Origin: Ophelia neglecta
Lineage: Eukaryota
Assembly: GCA_965285935.1 (NCBI GenBank)
Contig: OZ260662.1
Location: 86,490,001 to 86,554,000, forward strand
DNA: 64,000 bases
Direction: 5' to 3'
In this document: positions 51,901 to 64,000 of the stretch, piece after piece
Layout of the letters: each line of letters begins with the position of its first letter
Position numbering within the stretch: position 1 is the first letter of the stretch
Made by a program: the position numbers and the translations under genes
The notes under the pieces: generated by a model
Told to the model about the DNA's origin: nothing
Database searches by the model: none
Seen by the model: the letters and a program-made list of their open reading frames with translations, nothing else

Positions 51901-54522
51901 GGTGGTTTCTTTAGGAACAAATGAACATAGGGCTAAGCACGCCACGGACGGAAGTTGGCAAAGTTCTCCATAACGTTCCAATTCCAAATAAAAATGAAGT
52001 CAGATGGCGCAATAAAGCAAATGTTTTTTCTCTAGAGTATGTAAACTGATTTAGAATCTACAGATAGAATAGATATTAACATCATTGTTAGTAGCCGAGG
52101 AAAGCTGGAGGCAAAGAACTGTGATCGAGGTCCGAGATAAAAGGTCAACGCGGTTTCCTGAAAAAAATGAACCTTACATAGGTCTAACTCAATCACAGGG
52201 ACCTCCGCGGTTTCTATTAATACTAGGCGCTGTTTTATTTCTCCCGATCTAGAAATATGTAGAGGACTATACAGGTCATTACTCTTTTAGTCTGTTTACA
52301 CTGTAATAACGTGTAAACCGTACGAAGAGCTTTCGCTCGGCTGTCATTTCTTGTGGCAGATTTGGCTCGTTAGGACTCCACACAGGTTACCAGGTACAAG
52401 TTTACTTATATCTGATAATTATAAGGAAAGGCTGGACTGGACAAGTTATCAACATTACTGCAGATATAAAAACGCCGTTCCTTCTTAATCTTGATATAAC
52501 GTTTCAGAGAAAGAAATATTAATCTCCTTACAAACCAATTCCCATGCAGAGATGAAGTGATAGGAATATATGAATACATAATATCGCAATAAAGATCTTT
52601 TATCCATAGTATACCAGTTTGTTTCATATTCTGTTGGGGTTGATATGCGATGCCAAACATCTCAGACGCTATACTTCTCTTCGAAGATGAACTATAAACT
52701 ATGAAAGCCCCTATTGTCTGCCCGCTATTCCTTCTTAGGGCTTCTTCTGGTTCGGCCAGGAAATGAGTTTCGGGCAGACGAACAAAAGAAGCGGAATCAT
52801 TGTTAGGACAGCTTGGAACATCACTCGCAGGGCTGATGTGAGAGTGTGTCAATGGGATCAGAACCCCAATCACGAGAGAGGTCCGCTTTTCCCTTAGCTC
52901 AGAAAAAGGAATTATACCAAGGGGAATTGTTGCCCCTCTCCCTCCCTCCCCGTAGGCCGGACTTTTTTTATTCTTGTATCCGCCGTACCTATACTTTAGT
53001 TGAAAGAGAGGGTGTGGATGCAGACCAACGGGGTCAGACAAACAACACTAAATACCAACTTAACGATCGAGCTGCAACTATTCCTTGGCGATGAAGACCT
53101 GGAAAGCGGTAGAGTAGGCGGCCGGAGATGAAGGCGCGGGCTCATTGTGCAGTCTGCACAATTTCTTCACACAGTTAGCCACTGATTTTTGCGTGTTTTG
53201 CGTGGGTTTTTTTGATTGTATATAGCGTTTCCCGTTAAGAGACGTAGATTTAATTCGCCAGGCTGTACTCTGTGTAAAGCCATCTGGAGTTTCCAAGACA
53301 TATCAATGTGTCTGCCGGTCCACATCTGCGCATACCGACACACAGCAAACCAAACTCGATCAGGCTAAATTCCTGAAGAAGTCTAGTATATATCTCCTGC
53401 TCACCTGCGAGAACCTGTGGCGGGGAGTAGATATGTTAACATCATCGGAAAAAGCTGATAAATATCAGTGTAAAGCTCCCCCAATGGAACTGTGTACTCC
53501 TTTATATGTGGGTTCCATGCGCCTATAATAGGGCTATATAGGAACTCTCTTCAGAAGAAAGCTGGGACAGACGGGCGGACTGATTTCGGAACCGCCAAGG
53601 AACTTCAAGTGTTAAAATTGACATAAACTCGTCGGAAAGAGAATAATTGAAAAGGGCGCAACTAGTCTCTATAGGTCTACAGATATATAATGAAATCTCA
53701 TTATGTTAGACAAGGCTTTATATGTATATACACGAGAGTCACGCTCTGGGCCAATAGGGTCCAACACTTTGTCTTGGACGTTCACGAAAGCATCCCCTGG
53801 ACTTAAGAATAATACGATGCTTGAGGATTTAGCTCCCATTTATATAGTGATCTCAGGTTCATTAATCGCAGGAACATTTCCCAGAAGACCGTGAAAGGCC
53901 AGATAAAAATCACATAATCGTTTCCAACGATAAAGGTTGGGGTTGAATTGTCTTTGAAACCTAATGTATAGGCCTATTTTAAGGATAGAGACATCCTCAA
54001 GACAGCCCCAAGTCACTGGAGCAGGCATATTTATGATTCCATTTATATATACATGTAGTTTATTACTTATAAATTCTAAGAATCCAAAATTCAGTGATTC
54101 AATTATAAGCACAATATCACAAGGGCCAGATCACATTTGTAATGGCAATGATAAACAAAATTCGTATTATTAAGAAATCTCTCATTGATGAAATCTAATA
54201 ATTTTTTAGCTTCAGTCGTGGCTTTTCCTCTCTACAGACTCAGTGAGTTATTCCGATATACATATCATGAAGAAATGTTTGAATTAAGCTTACATTCGTG
54301 CATTAGTTTTAATGGTATAATACAATGTTATGAAACTCTGAACAGATGATGGAAAGGCAAGATCATTCTGACCAAAAAGGGAATAATATTGCCAGCCGAA
54401 ACTTGCTTCCATTCGAGGTAATCGTATACGGCTAAGTAGCATTGAACAAGATAACTTAAACAGAATTTAAAGAGTAGAAATTAATGATTTAAAAATTGTC
54501 ATATCAATATCAAATAAAGGGA

Positions 54523-54660
54523 TCCTGTCAAATTTCAGACTACCTGTCCATTCAGACCACTTGTATGATATACATGTTGTACACATTCCATTTGGATTTA
54601 ACATGTATAAACAGACCACCTCCATATTCAGACCAGTATTGTCCAGTTTAACTCTATGTA
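54523..54660 (+). mobile_element. Fragment of Tc1/mariner-pogo type MITE
   Basis: Repeated CCTGTC..TTCAGACCAC motifs (54524, 54544, 54613, 54628), typical subterminal repeats. Confidence 0.4.
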
Positions 54661-57081
54661 TTTAAAGTGAGCACACTACTTCTGTTTTCTGTGGCCATAA
54701 GGATATTGAAGTGCATTGCAATATATAACAAACCACTGGCCAACATGATGGTTCATTATGGTGCATTCCTATATATTATACGTGAATATAGATGTGGCTT
54801 ATAGCTAGACCTGCACCGGGGGACAAAAAAAAGTATATCTAGCTAACTGTCGGAAAGGAGTTCTATACCTTAGAGGTATGATAGAACATTAAAGGCACAT
54901 TACGTGTTAGGTTCACCTCGTGGGAGGGTCTCTCCACACCTCGTAAATATAATCACCTGTGTCAGCCTTGATTATTGGTGGATGTTGATTTACACCCTTC
55001 TTTGGTTAGACGTGGCCGGAACTGATGTGAAGAGTCATTATACGAAAAGTCAATAAACTGCTCGTATTTATGTGGGTAGGGTGAGTGGCGACGTGGGGGT
55101 GGGGAGGCTACAGTATGAACGTATTGCACGAAAACGAGGCACATAGATATTAGAAATAACAACTGGTTCTATCATTATAGCTCTTATGGAGTGGATGGTA
55201 GATTTACAGTGATTATACCCACATAGATATGAATTAAGCTGAGAGCCAATCAAATTAAAATGTTCCTTTGCGTTTTGACGCAGGTGCAATAATAAACATA
55301 CACCGCCACTATTTTGATCTTCGGAATGGATCTTCGGGTAAATATGTTGATTTTTTGGACGTCTGTCTTTCGGCCCACTGGCCTCAGCAGGGAGTGCTTC
55401 GCGGACAGTGTTTATGGTAACCGTTGTTTATATAGTCTCTCGGAGCATTTAAAACTCGCCGGCGTCCCACGCTGGTCTTTTCGACAGTACCCCGTAGATA
55501 GGTTATTGGCGTGGCAAGAAATATACTGCCAATAATGCTTTACTGTTCTTGTCTAATTGAGGTTAGCAGCTAAGAAAGCCTGGTCACTTAGGCGAACGCT
55601 TGCCGGAAATGGGTGGCCAAGACTAGCGTCTCTATATTGGCACGGAACGCTCTAGAACGACCCGTTTTTTTTGCGACAAGAGAGCTGAACCCCCAGAAAG
55701 TAAATGAAGCGCGTGGACGGCTTAGAGCTGTCACGTTGTTCACCAAGTGACGCATAAATAGGCCATTCGATATGATTTATACCACTGATGACTGGAGAAT
55801 AAACTGACGAGAATGGCTAGATAGCCTGCATACGTAATGTGTGACATTGTGTAACGGCTTTCAGTGATGAGCAGATGCGCCTATGAATAGCAATAGAGAG
55901 ACGAAACGACTCCAGAACACTCGGCTACTTGGGGGACGATAAAACTAGCTTGGCATGCATATGGGAGAGAAAAAAGGTTTTGCTTCCCAAGCTCTAAAAT
56001 AATAATTGTTTGTTTGAGCTAAATTTAGTATAAAAAAAAATAATTGTATTAATATTCAAAATAAATTTGTCGCGACATAGCCTACTTTGGAAACAAAAAT
56101 TGCGCTCTTATGTTGAAATTTGAAATAAATATTTCTTTGAAAGAAACCTTCTAGCAACCCCCCCCCCCTCCCACCCCCCAGTTATCTTACGGGGTGTCCG
56201 TGAGTTTTCAAGTCCTAACAACAAACAGATATGCTATGCACTTCATAAATTTTTCAAGTTTAAAAACAGTCAAATAGAGGGTCTCACTTCATACTTGTAT
56301 TTGAGTGTCTAATGGAAATACTCTATTACTAACAAGGGTTTCCGGACACCATGCCCGCAGGACGATTCTCACTTTCCTGAGTGTAGCCTTCCACTGTATC
56401 CCCTTGCTATTCGAATTTATACGTGCTACTATATGGCCCAATGAGGATAGCAAACCCCACGCATTGGATGTTGGCAAACGGTCAGCTGCAATTACATACA
56501 ATGTTCCTATGAATCCATCTTGCAACAGACTGGCAAGAAAGTCTTGTGATCACTGGGTAAAAAGCCGACAGGATGAGACTTATCTGTCATGGCATTAGGC
56601 CCACTGCATTCTTTATAATTATATAGGGATGAAAAACCCTGACCGGTCAGATTGCACTTGTCAGCTGGTCAGAACTTCGGACCCTTATGACACAGTCATT
56701 ATGAAGGCTTTAAAAAACACTATGTTGTTGCCAGTGCTTTTAAAAATAAGTGATGCGGGTGTGCGCTTTTATTTAATATTACACTCTTTTATTATTTGCA
56801 GTAATATTCTGTTTTTGTTTGGATTACTGGAAAATTATAATAATTAACGGCTTGCGTTAACAGTTTCTGTACTACTGAATTCTACCTAGAGTAACACCAG
56901 ATGTTTTTACCGCGAAATTCGAAGGATATAAATCACACTTTGAGTTGCCATCGATGTTTAAAAACGTCGTATTTAAGTTAAAAAAAACTTATACATAAAA
57001 ATGACTATTTTATTGTCAAACAGCTTGGCTGGTGTGCGTGTGCGCTGATTAGAATTAACCTAAACACTATCAGCACGCATG

Positions 57082-57316
57082 GGCCTACGTATAGGCCTAC
57101 GTATAGGCCTACGTATAGGCCTACGTATAGGCCTACGTATAGGCCTACGTATAGGCCTACGTATAGGCCTACGTATAGCTAAGCAGATAGGCCTACGTAT
57201 AGTTCAGCAGATAGGCCTACGTATAGTTCAGCAGATAGGCCTATGTATAGTTCAGCAGATAGGCCTACGTATAGTTCAGCAGATAGGCCTACGTATAGTT
57301 CAGCAGATAGGTCTAC
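57082..57316. repeat. Tandem array: 8 x 12-mer GGCCTACGTATA followed by 24-mer higher-order units (GGCCTACGTATAGTTCAGCAGATA)
   Basis: Directly visible; gives the spurious (GLRI)8-(GLRIVQQI)5 ORF. Confidence 0.97.
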
Positions 57317-60300
57317 CGTATAATCTTAATGGCGACCCGCAATATTTTATCATTATTACATCTCAAGACTTCGTCCAGCTATGAGCTTGATTCTTTAGTA
57401 TAACCGAGGGTGTGTTTCGTGTGCCATATTGTATCTCGTGACATGGTTTTATATAAGTAAAAATTCCACCCTGTGCTGTATTCCAAATTCCAAACGTTTC
57501 TGAAAACGAAATAGTCTCATATTTCAAGATGAGATATCTTTGATAGGTTAAAATGGAACATAATACTTTGTATTAGGTGGCTCATTGTGTACAAACGCAT
57601 GAGTAAGCTAGCAAGAATAAAATGACAAGGGGACTTTTTTGTCCTATTTTAAGGCTCGCACGGTATCTCCAGTTTCCGTAGTTTCCTTGCTCGGTGATAG
57701 AGGTGTGTTAGTGTTTTAGCAAAGCAGACCAGCCTATCTAAGCTCATAGTTTCGAATAAGCTGAAGGTGTCATTAGTAACTGACAAGAAGGAGGCCTACT
57801 TAGTTTGATGATGATCCTCCAGTCATGACATTCGGTAGAATAATAATTGGGTATTATAAACGATGAAGTCGTATCAATTAAAAGGTCGTGCTTGTATCAA
57901 TACCTTCTAATACAGTGGCCGGTTTTGTTTACAGAACATAGTAAACATGGTGGTCAGACCCGGGTGGCCAGACAAGTTCCCATGCCAGACCATGGACCAG
58001 ACCGGTCTTGGCCGGGTATTAAAGTGCATTGCCTAGATATCTGGCTGAATCGCAGTAATTACCGCTATGTGAGTAAAAGGCAGAAGCCGTGAGCGATGTT
58101 CCAATAATGTTGTCTTTACTGCCGCCAGCTGGGGGGTGTTTAACATCGATCTGGGGCAGAGGGCTCAGCTATTGGCACTGGTAAAAGCTGGTAAACAATG
58201 TGTATCAAACGGTAATGTGATTATGACGGGGGCACTCCGCTCTCCTGATCTGCCATTCCTCCATCATGTTCATTGAGAACCGAGATGCCACCTTAAAGAG
58301 CCCATCATCGTGTCGCTGGCAAATAGCCTGCCACTTCCAATAATGTTAACTCTTATCTCCATGCTAGCTCGTGCTCGATAGGCTATCAGATTAGAGGAAA
58401 CAACTTTTCACTAAAACAGAGCAAAAATGCAACACGAAATGAACAAAGGCATGCTCGTGTTGCATCTTTTAGATTAGAGCTACCTTTAGTTGCAAAAAGG
58501 ATATCAATCTTTTCACCAAACTGCTGTAGGTATATAAAATCATACGTATGAGAATTTAGACTTTTTTCTTTTATAGCTACCGACATTGCGAGGATGATTG
58601 TTCCTAGAAAATCGTTCATCAGAAGCATTAGGGTATTATATATATAAGCGGGGCCTAATGGCCCGACGACATATGCCAGAGGAATCTGTAGCAGTAAAAA
58701 AGAAGAAAAAGTTTAATTATACGTCAATATTCACACTTGTCTTATTAATGTCTTCGGCCTATCTCAAGCTGATATCCGATAAAGTAAAACGCAGGCAGCA
58801 GCCGCCTCAAGTGTACATATATACGAGGGGATGACTTGATAAATGATTTTACAGTAATATATCCGTTCTATATTGCTGCCGACAATTACATTTTTAGTAT
58901 AAAAAAGCGCGAGTACGAGCAGAATATACGGCTTATAGTCTTGTGTACGCCAAAATTTTAATGGGATGCGTGTGATCTGGAGAACACTGCCTACAATTGA
59001 AAGGTTTACACAGTTGTGCCGGAACTCTTAGGGAGGAAAAATCAGAGATATTAATTGGCGTTAACATTAAAACGTAGCTGCGCAGTATAGTTTTTGTAAT
59101 GGGCAGGTGTTGATAATTTCGCACAGCCTTCTCCGACTTCATCACGGTTGTCGGCCAGTGTACTCATTGCTGACATGGCTGGCGGATGGATATTAGCAAA
59201 CTTAAGTTTAAGAACCTAGCGCCGAAACCCGTGATACGGGCATTTGGGAAAAGACCAAAATTCCTTTTTCTTGGCGTGTTGTTTTACCGCGCAACAAACT
59301 CTGAAAACCTCCCATTTCTGCACAGTATATGCTTGACCTAATGTACTGAAAGTCCGAAAACTTGGCTTTATAAACATGAAAAAGGGATAGTGATTATTTT
59401 GAAATAATCATTTCTGATTCATTAGATAATATCTAGTTGTACACAAGTTAAAATTAAGTTACATTCATAAAAATGATATCATATAATGATAGATATACCA
59501 TCAATGATGAAAAGAACAGGTGAACATGATTGCACATAAACTGGTACTACTTCATCACATCTTTTAAAGTGCCTAATAACATAAGATATGAAGGCCTACA
59601 CCACGGAAATTATTACGAAATAAAAGTAATAATAGAATTATTATAAAATAACAATGATTACGAGATAATGACAAGTACACACATTTAGCAGAATATATTT
59701 GAGGCAATAGCTTGGTCGTGCTATTTCCACAAATGTCACTCTTCCACAAATAGCCGATCTGTATATTTACTCAGACGTACAAGAATTTAGAGATCTTGCG
59801 AGATAAAGAAAAACCAGACTCTCTAATAAACAAACAATTCACGGCCTTGATGAATACGAACAACGTTGACTTAGAGTTAAATCGAAAGTAAACGGTGACA
59901 GACACTGAGGGGAACAGGGAAGACATGTCCCAGAAACAGCCCAGAGCTCGATCCTCCTGGCCAGAAAAATAGAACCGGTGATAATTTGTTTAAAATGTAT
60001 AAAGTTATACCAATACACAAAGCTATAAAGAAAAATTAAAACCGTAGAAATCACTACAGACATGCATAGGACTTTCACGTCATGTCGGCAAGAGACTCAG
60101 AATTTGTGGGAGAGGCGACTATGTAGGGATACAGCAGGAGCCCAAAGAAACGTCTTCACATATTTCTGGATCTATTCAATAACTGTTAATTGGTCCAAAT
60201 TCTACTTATTCACACTTCGCCCAAACATAATCCTACATAATTATTTTACATCTACTTATGTAGCCCTACTGTAGTTCCACTTTTCCACTTTGCACTTAAC

Positions 60301-60699
60301 TTTTTATTTTTCTACACATCCTACTTCGGGGGGGGGTGGGATTTTTTATTATGGCACACTATCATAGATACTCATCATACACAGAGCTTAGCACCAGCTA
60401 CGATTAATTTAGCAATTTATTTGACATTCGACCCTGTATAGAGAACTTACGCAATCACATAAATATAGAAGGGCTAATCACGGAACACAAGGGGGTATCC
60501 CTCCATTAGCTGATCGTCTGCTCACTACCCACACAGTTCTGCATTGGCATCCTTAAACATCCAATCTTACAGGCCTGCTGTGGACGAAGGCGGTAATTCC
60601 AACTTTAACGCCTGCTTTAAAATGTAAACACAATTTTCACAAGCGGCTCTGTAAACGTTTGACGTTGAAAATCCCGATAGACCGCAAGGCATGACAGAG

Positions 60700-60932
60700 A
60701 TAAGGTTAAATGGAGAGATTATGTAATCTTCCTGGTCTCTCAACAGCAAGAACCAAGCTAATAACCCTGATGGGGAATACTGCCGAGTGCCTGTCAGGTG
60801 ATCAGCATGGAAATGTTGACCATGAGCTCATTTTCTGCATCCACCATGGACTCGGGAGTATCGTTCTAAGGATTATGGTGCATAAGTCTTTCAGCTGTGT
60901 AGAGTAGCAGGCTCTTTATGTATGCATTCCTA
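60700..60932 (-). mobile_element. Possible RTE-clade LINE C-terminal fragment
   Basis: NAYIKSLLLYTAE...LRTIL...W resembles RTE 'Y.A.V.S.LLY.AETW...LR.IL...W'. Confidence 0.4.
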
Positions 60933-61958
60933 AAAACCACAAGCTTTCTCGAGATTGCTGGGAGTAACAAAACTTAACTAAAACACCAACTTTAAGGATG
61001 ATTGCTGGGTTCTACGAGCCATGACTGTCAGTAGCTTCTTAGGTTTTTTTTTTCATACTCCAAGTTAAAAAATAAAATACAGTTTTTATGAACACACTAT
61101 CCGCCTTTAACGAAAAAGACTTGTTACAGAGCCCTACCTTCAGACACATTCACCAGGACATATATATATATATTTATAGCTGCGCCTGACTCACTGCGCT
61201 AAGGTAGAAGCTTGTTTGAAATGATTTGACAAACCAAGGGATTTGAATTGAAACAGGTCATTAACAGTTTATTTTTTGCAATGACAATTATTATACATAA
61301 CATAAATATCAGAGCTGGCTCCTAGCTGACACCATAACATATATAAAGATCAATAAAGCTTATTCTATTAAACATCAATCCCAAGGAGCCAGCCAACAAT
61401 TAAAGACATAACAATTTACTACTAGTTAAGATAATTTTAAGAACTTAAAGGCAAACATTGCAAAGGTGGGGTTCTATATATATGTTTGTGTGTGTCTTGT
61501 TTACTTTCCTCGGATTTAGCTGGCGACCCACGTATTTGACCGGAAATGGGTTCTTATAAGTCAATGTCCTCAAACGAGGGTAAGCTGGCGGACAGCTCGA
61601 TGACACACCTACCGAGTCTTATAACGGAAATCAATGACGGGCAAAGAAAAACCTTCTGAGATGAATACGAAAATCGAGCTATTAATTTCACCATAGCCTA
61701 ACGTTAGTCAGCTTCAGACGGGAAACGTGAGCAGATGGAAGTCGACTTTGGTTCTCAAGATTCGCCGCCCGCAGACGATTTGTCGCCATAAATAATGATT
61801 GACATACACACAAATTACAGATACATCAAGAACTGTGGACGTACGTATATATACCAAAAAGGGTCCAGTGTCAAGTGACTTAGATCAGTCGTGAATCGAA
61901 CGCAGGAGCTCCGAGGACATGTAATTTAGCCAAAGTATATAGGTCTAGGCCTACTTAC

Positions 61959-62104
61959 CACATCGATGATTTGGGCGAGGGCGAGTCCGAAGGTGACATT
62001 GAGACTGTCGGACGCGTTGAGCGAAGGTCGAACTCTTGGATCGTAGTTTCGCATCAGGTCTCGGATCAGCCGGTATTCGTTGTCATCTGATGACACTTGT
62101 GATG
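61959..62104 (-). CDS. Nicotinic acetylcholine receptor subunit (Cys-loop LGIC, alpha7/alpha9/alpha10-like architecture), exon encoding the start of the mature extracellular domain (probable exon 2)
   Basis: Minus strand reads ttttatccatttacag|CA TCA CAA GTG TCA TCA GAT GAC AAC GAA TAC CGG CTG ... CAA ATC ATC GAT GTG|gtaagt. 146 nt (2+48 codons) give SQVSSDDNEYRLIRDLMRNYDPRVRPSLNASDSLNVTFGLALAQIIDV. This matches the nAChR N-terminal helix/beta1 motif (RL..DL...Y...VRP......LNV.FG..L.QIIDV). Canonical AG/GT sites; two N-glycosylation sequons (NAS, NVT). Missed by the ORF track. Confidence 0.96.
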
Positions 62105-62301
62105 CTGTAAATGGATAAAAGGACTGGCTTTAGCTTTGTGAAATATGCATAATATATATTGTACATATAGTTTAAACCCATTTAAATTCTAGTATGCACG
62201 GCTAAGCCGCTCTTTCAGTGGATTGGGTGTAGATTTTGCAATCGAAACCACTATATTTTTTATGTGACACAAATGAAATACAGAATATTATATAGGCCTA
62301 C

Positions 62302-62702
62302 TAGTAGAGGGGATAAGTGACAAAAAAAGGCAAAATTAATCAAAATAGGATACAAGCAGGAAGATTCTCAAAGTCAAAGAGTTATCCTAGCTAACCATTT
62401 TCCCCCGAGAAGACATTTGGAATTGGGCCTGGTTACCATGGTAACGGACATCAAAATACAAAACTAACACCCCCAACTATAATAGCCAGTATTTTTTTAA
62501 AACAATCAAATCACTGAGGCTAAGCAACTGTGTGCAGAAAAAAATAGATTACATTTCAATACCCGTTACCATGGCTACCAAGGCCAAATCAAAATGTCTC
62601 CATGGGGTAAAATAATCAGCTTGGGCAGTTCTATAAATATGGAAAATGTCATGCTTACAAGTATCACAATTTGAACAATTGTACCTATTATTCGCTCTAC
62701 CA
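62302..62702. mobile_element. ~400-bp non-autonomous Academ-like element in the intron upstream of the 146-nt exon
   Basis: Left end TAGTAGAGGGGATAAGTGACAA; right end reverse-complement TGGTAGAGCGAATAATAGGTACAA. Internal GTTACCATGG repeats (62432, 62565) and a CATGCT..ATCACAA..TGAACAATT subterminal motif. Imperfect 3-bp TSD (TAC/TAT). Confidence 0.65.
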
Positions 62703-64000
62703 TATCAACGGATTTACTTTTAGTCATTTAAAAATATACTTTAAGGTAGTTTCTCTTTTTTTAAACAATAAACCAAGCTCAAATTCAACAGGTGTACTGT
62801 AACTCATTTTTTCCTATTTATACTTAGTCTATAGACTTTAAAAACTGATTGAGTGTAATGAGTCGATTGCAAAGGCAGAACCTTTCAAGGCAGTAGACAC
62901 TCGTCTTCCCAGCCATAAATAAATATGCAGCGAATGAATCTACATTCTCTTCTCGCTACCACAGTGCGCTCAAGATTCTATGTTCTGTGGGTTTTATCGT
63001 AAAATTTAGATGAGATATATTTTTAAAGGGTAAATATATTGAATAAAATATGTATTGAAGAAAAACAGCATCGTGGTCTACCAGCATAATCAGGTGGGCA
63101 TATTAAATACTCCGGAGTTGTGAGGTCAAAATTTCCGCCATGGTAGTTAAATAAGCACAATGCCAGTATAAGACCCAATTTACCTATTTAAAAACCCCCG
63201 GAAGTGAGATCTCTAAGTTCAAAATGTCTGTCGGTGCAATACATTGGGACTGAACTGCATGCCTGAAGATCAATGTCCCCCGAGAAAATGACGTAATAAT
63301 GAAGAGCCCTGCATATTATGTTTCTATATTTGAGCTGTGGGCATAATATTCCGTAGAAGAAATATCCTTGGGACGAACTGACCTAGGAACAGAGCGTATT
63401 TGGGGGGGGAGGGGGGGGGCTGAATCCAATTGGGACAGAACAACTCAATAGCCTGTGGGCGAAATGTACTCGCGTTGAAGGGTTAGAGTTCGGACTTACA
63501 CCAGTCCGATATCCGGCCTCAGCAACTTTGTCCGCTTACGAGTGGTTCAAGGTGGTGATCTCTCCGGTTGCCTTTAGTGTCGATATCTCGATATGACACA
63601 AACCTGCAGCTAGCGCCTCAAGGCGCCCGGAGTGGATTGGACCTCGGGGTCCTTGTATAGGAGGCTTAGGCCAGGAGCGCTTGCTCATTATATATGAATT
63701 CCTTTTATTTTGGTATGTGCCTAAGTTTGTGTGTTTGAATTTGCCATTTGCATTCTATTCTTAACTCCATTAAAATAGTTGTATTCTTTAACTAGGCTGG
63801 GCCTATTTATGCCCATACTATAACCACAAAGCTAAGGATAGACTGTTACGAGATTGAATCTTTTAGGGAAGGGTTTTACAGATGAAAGAGAGTTGGAGGA
63901 ACAAAAGTTCTTTTGGGGGAAATTCAGGGGAGGGATATATAGGGACTACACCTTATCTTCTTTCGCCGCACTCCCAGGGACCCTTTTAAATGGGCTTAAA

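Larger units (their letters stand above)
940..61958 (-). other. ~61-kb GT-AG phase-0 intron of the nAChR gene
   Basis: Donor gtaagt starts at 61958; polypyrimidine+cag acceptor ends at 940. The flanking exons encode contiguous protein (QIIDV|DEKNQ). No intervening receptor exon was recognised. Confidence 0.88.

Noticed and set aside
52406-53041. Longest ORF (211 aa) as a nested gene
   Set aside because: Non-ATG start, no recognisable domain, random-looking composition.
55783-55815. CTGATGA/CTGACGA hammerhead-like cores (also 10665, 63263)
   Set aside because: No stem II plus GAAA and flanking helices could be built by eye.
57079-57384. (GLRI)n repeat protein
   Set aside because: Simply the translation of a stop-free 12/24-bp DNA tandem repeat.
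63495-63610. AG..GT-bounded segment as the signal-peptide exon of the receptor
   Set aside because: No Met or hydrophobic stretch; looks like a repeat remnant. Exon 1 is presumably beyond the window.

Overview
Eukaryotic (animal, most likely marine invertebrate/lophotrochozoan-type) genomic DNA, AT-rich, with no long ORFs. Almost the whole window is one ~61-kb intron (940-61958) of a minus-strand nicotinic acetylcholine receptor (Cys-loop LGIC) subunit gene. A 146-nt exon at 61959-62104 (..SDDNEYRLIRDLMRNYDPRVRPSLNASDSLNVTFGLALAQIIDV) splices in phase 0 to a 45-nt exon at 895-939 (DEKNQIITTNCWLNQ). The signal-peptide exon and all downstream exons appear to lie outside the window. The intron is full of decayed mobile DNA: a near full-length APE/RT LINE, L2/Crack-like LINE fragments, a tRNA-derived SINE, a MITE with a 6-bp TSD, Academ-type DNA transposons (one with long foldback arms), a Helentron/HINE-like element and a probable ISL2EU relic. 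It also holds 40-bp, ~72-bp and 12/24-bp tandem repeats. I found no prokaryote-type system (CRISPR, operon) and no convincing new multi-gene system. The most unusual observations are the giant intron before a micro-exon, two independent LINE insertions at the same phase of a minisatellite, and strong over-representation of the palindrome TAGGCCTA. All calls are by-eye; no database searches were run.
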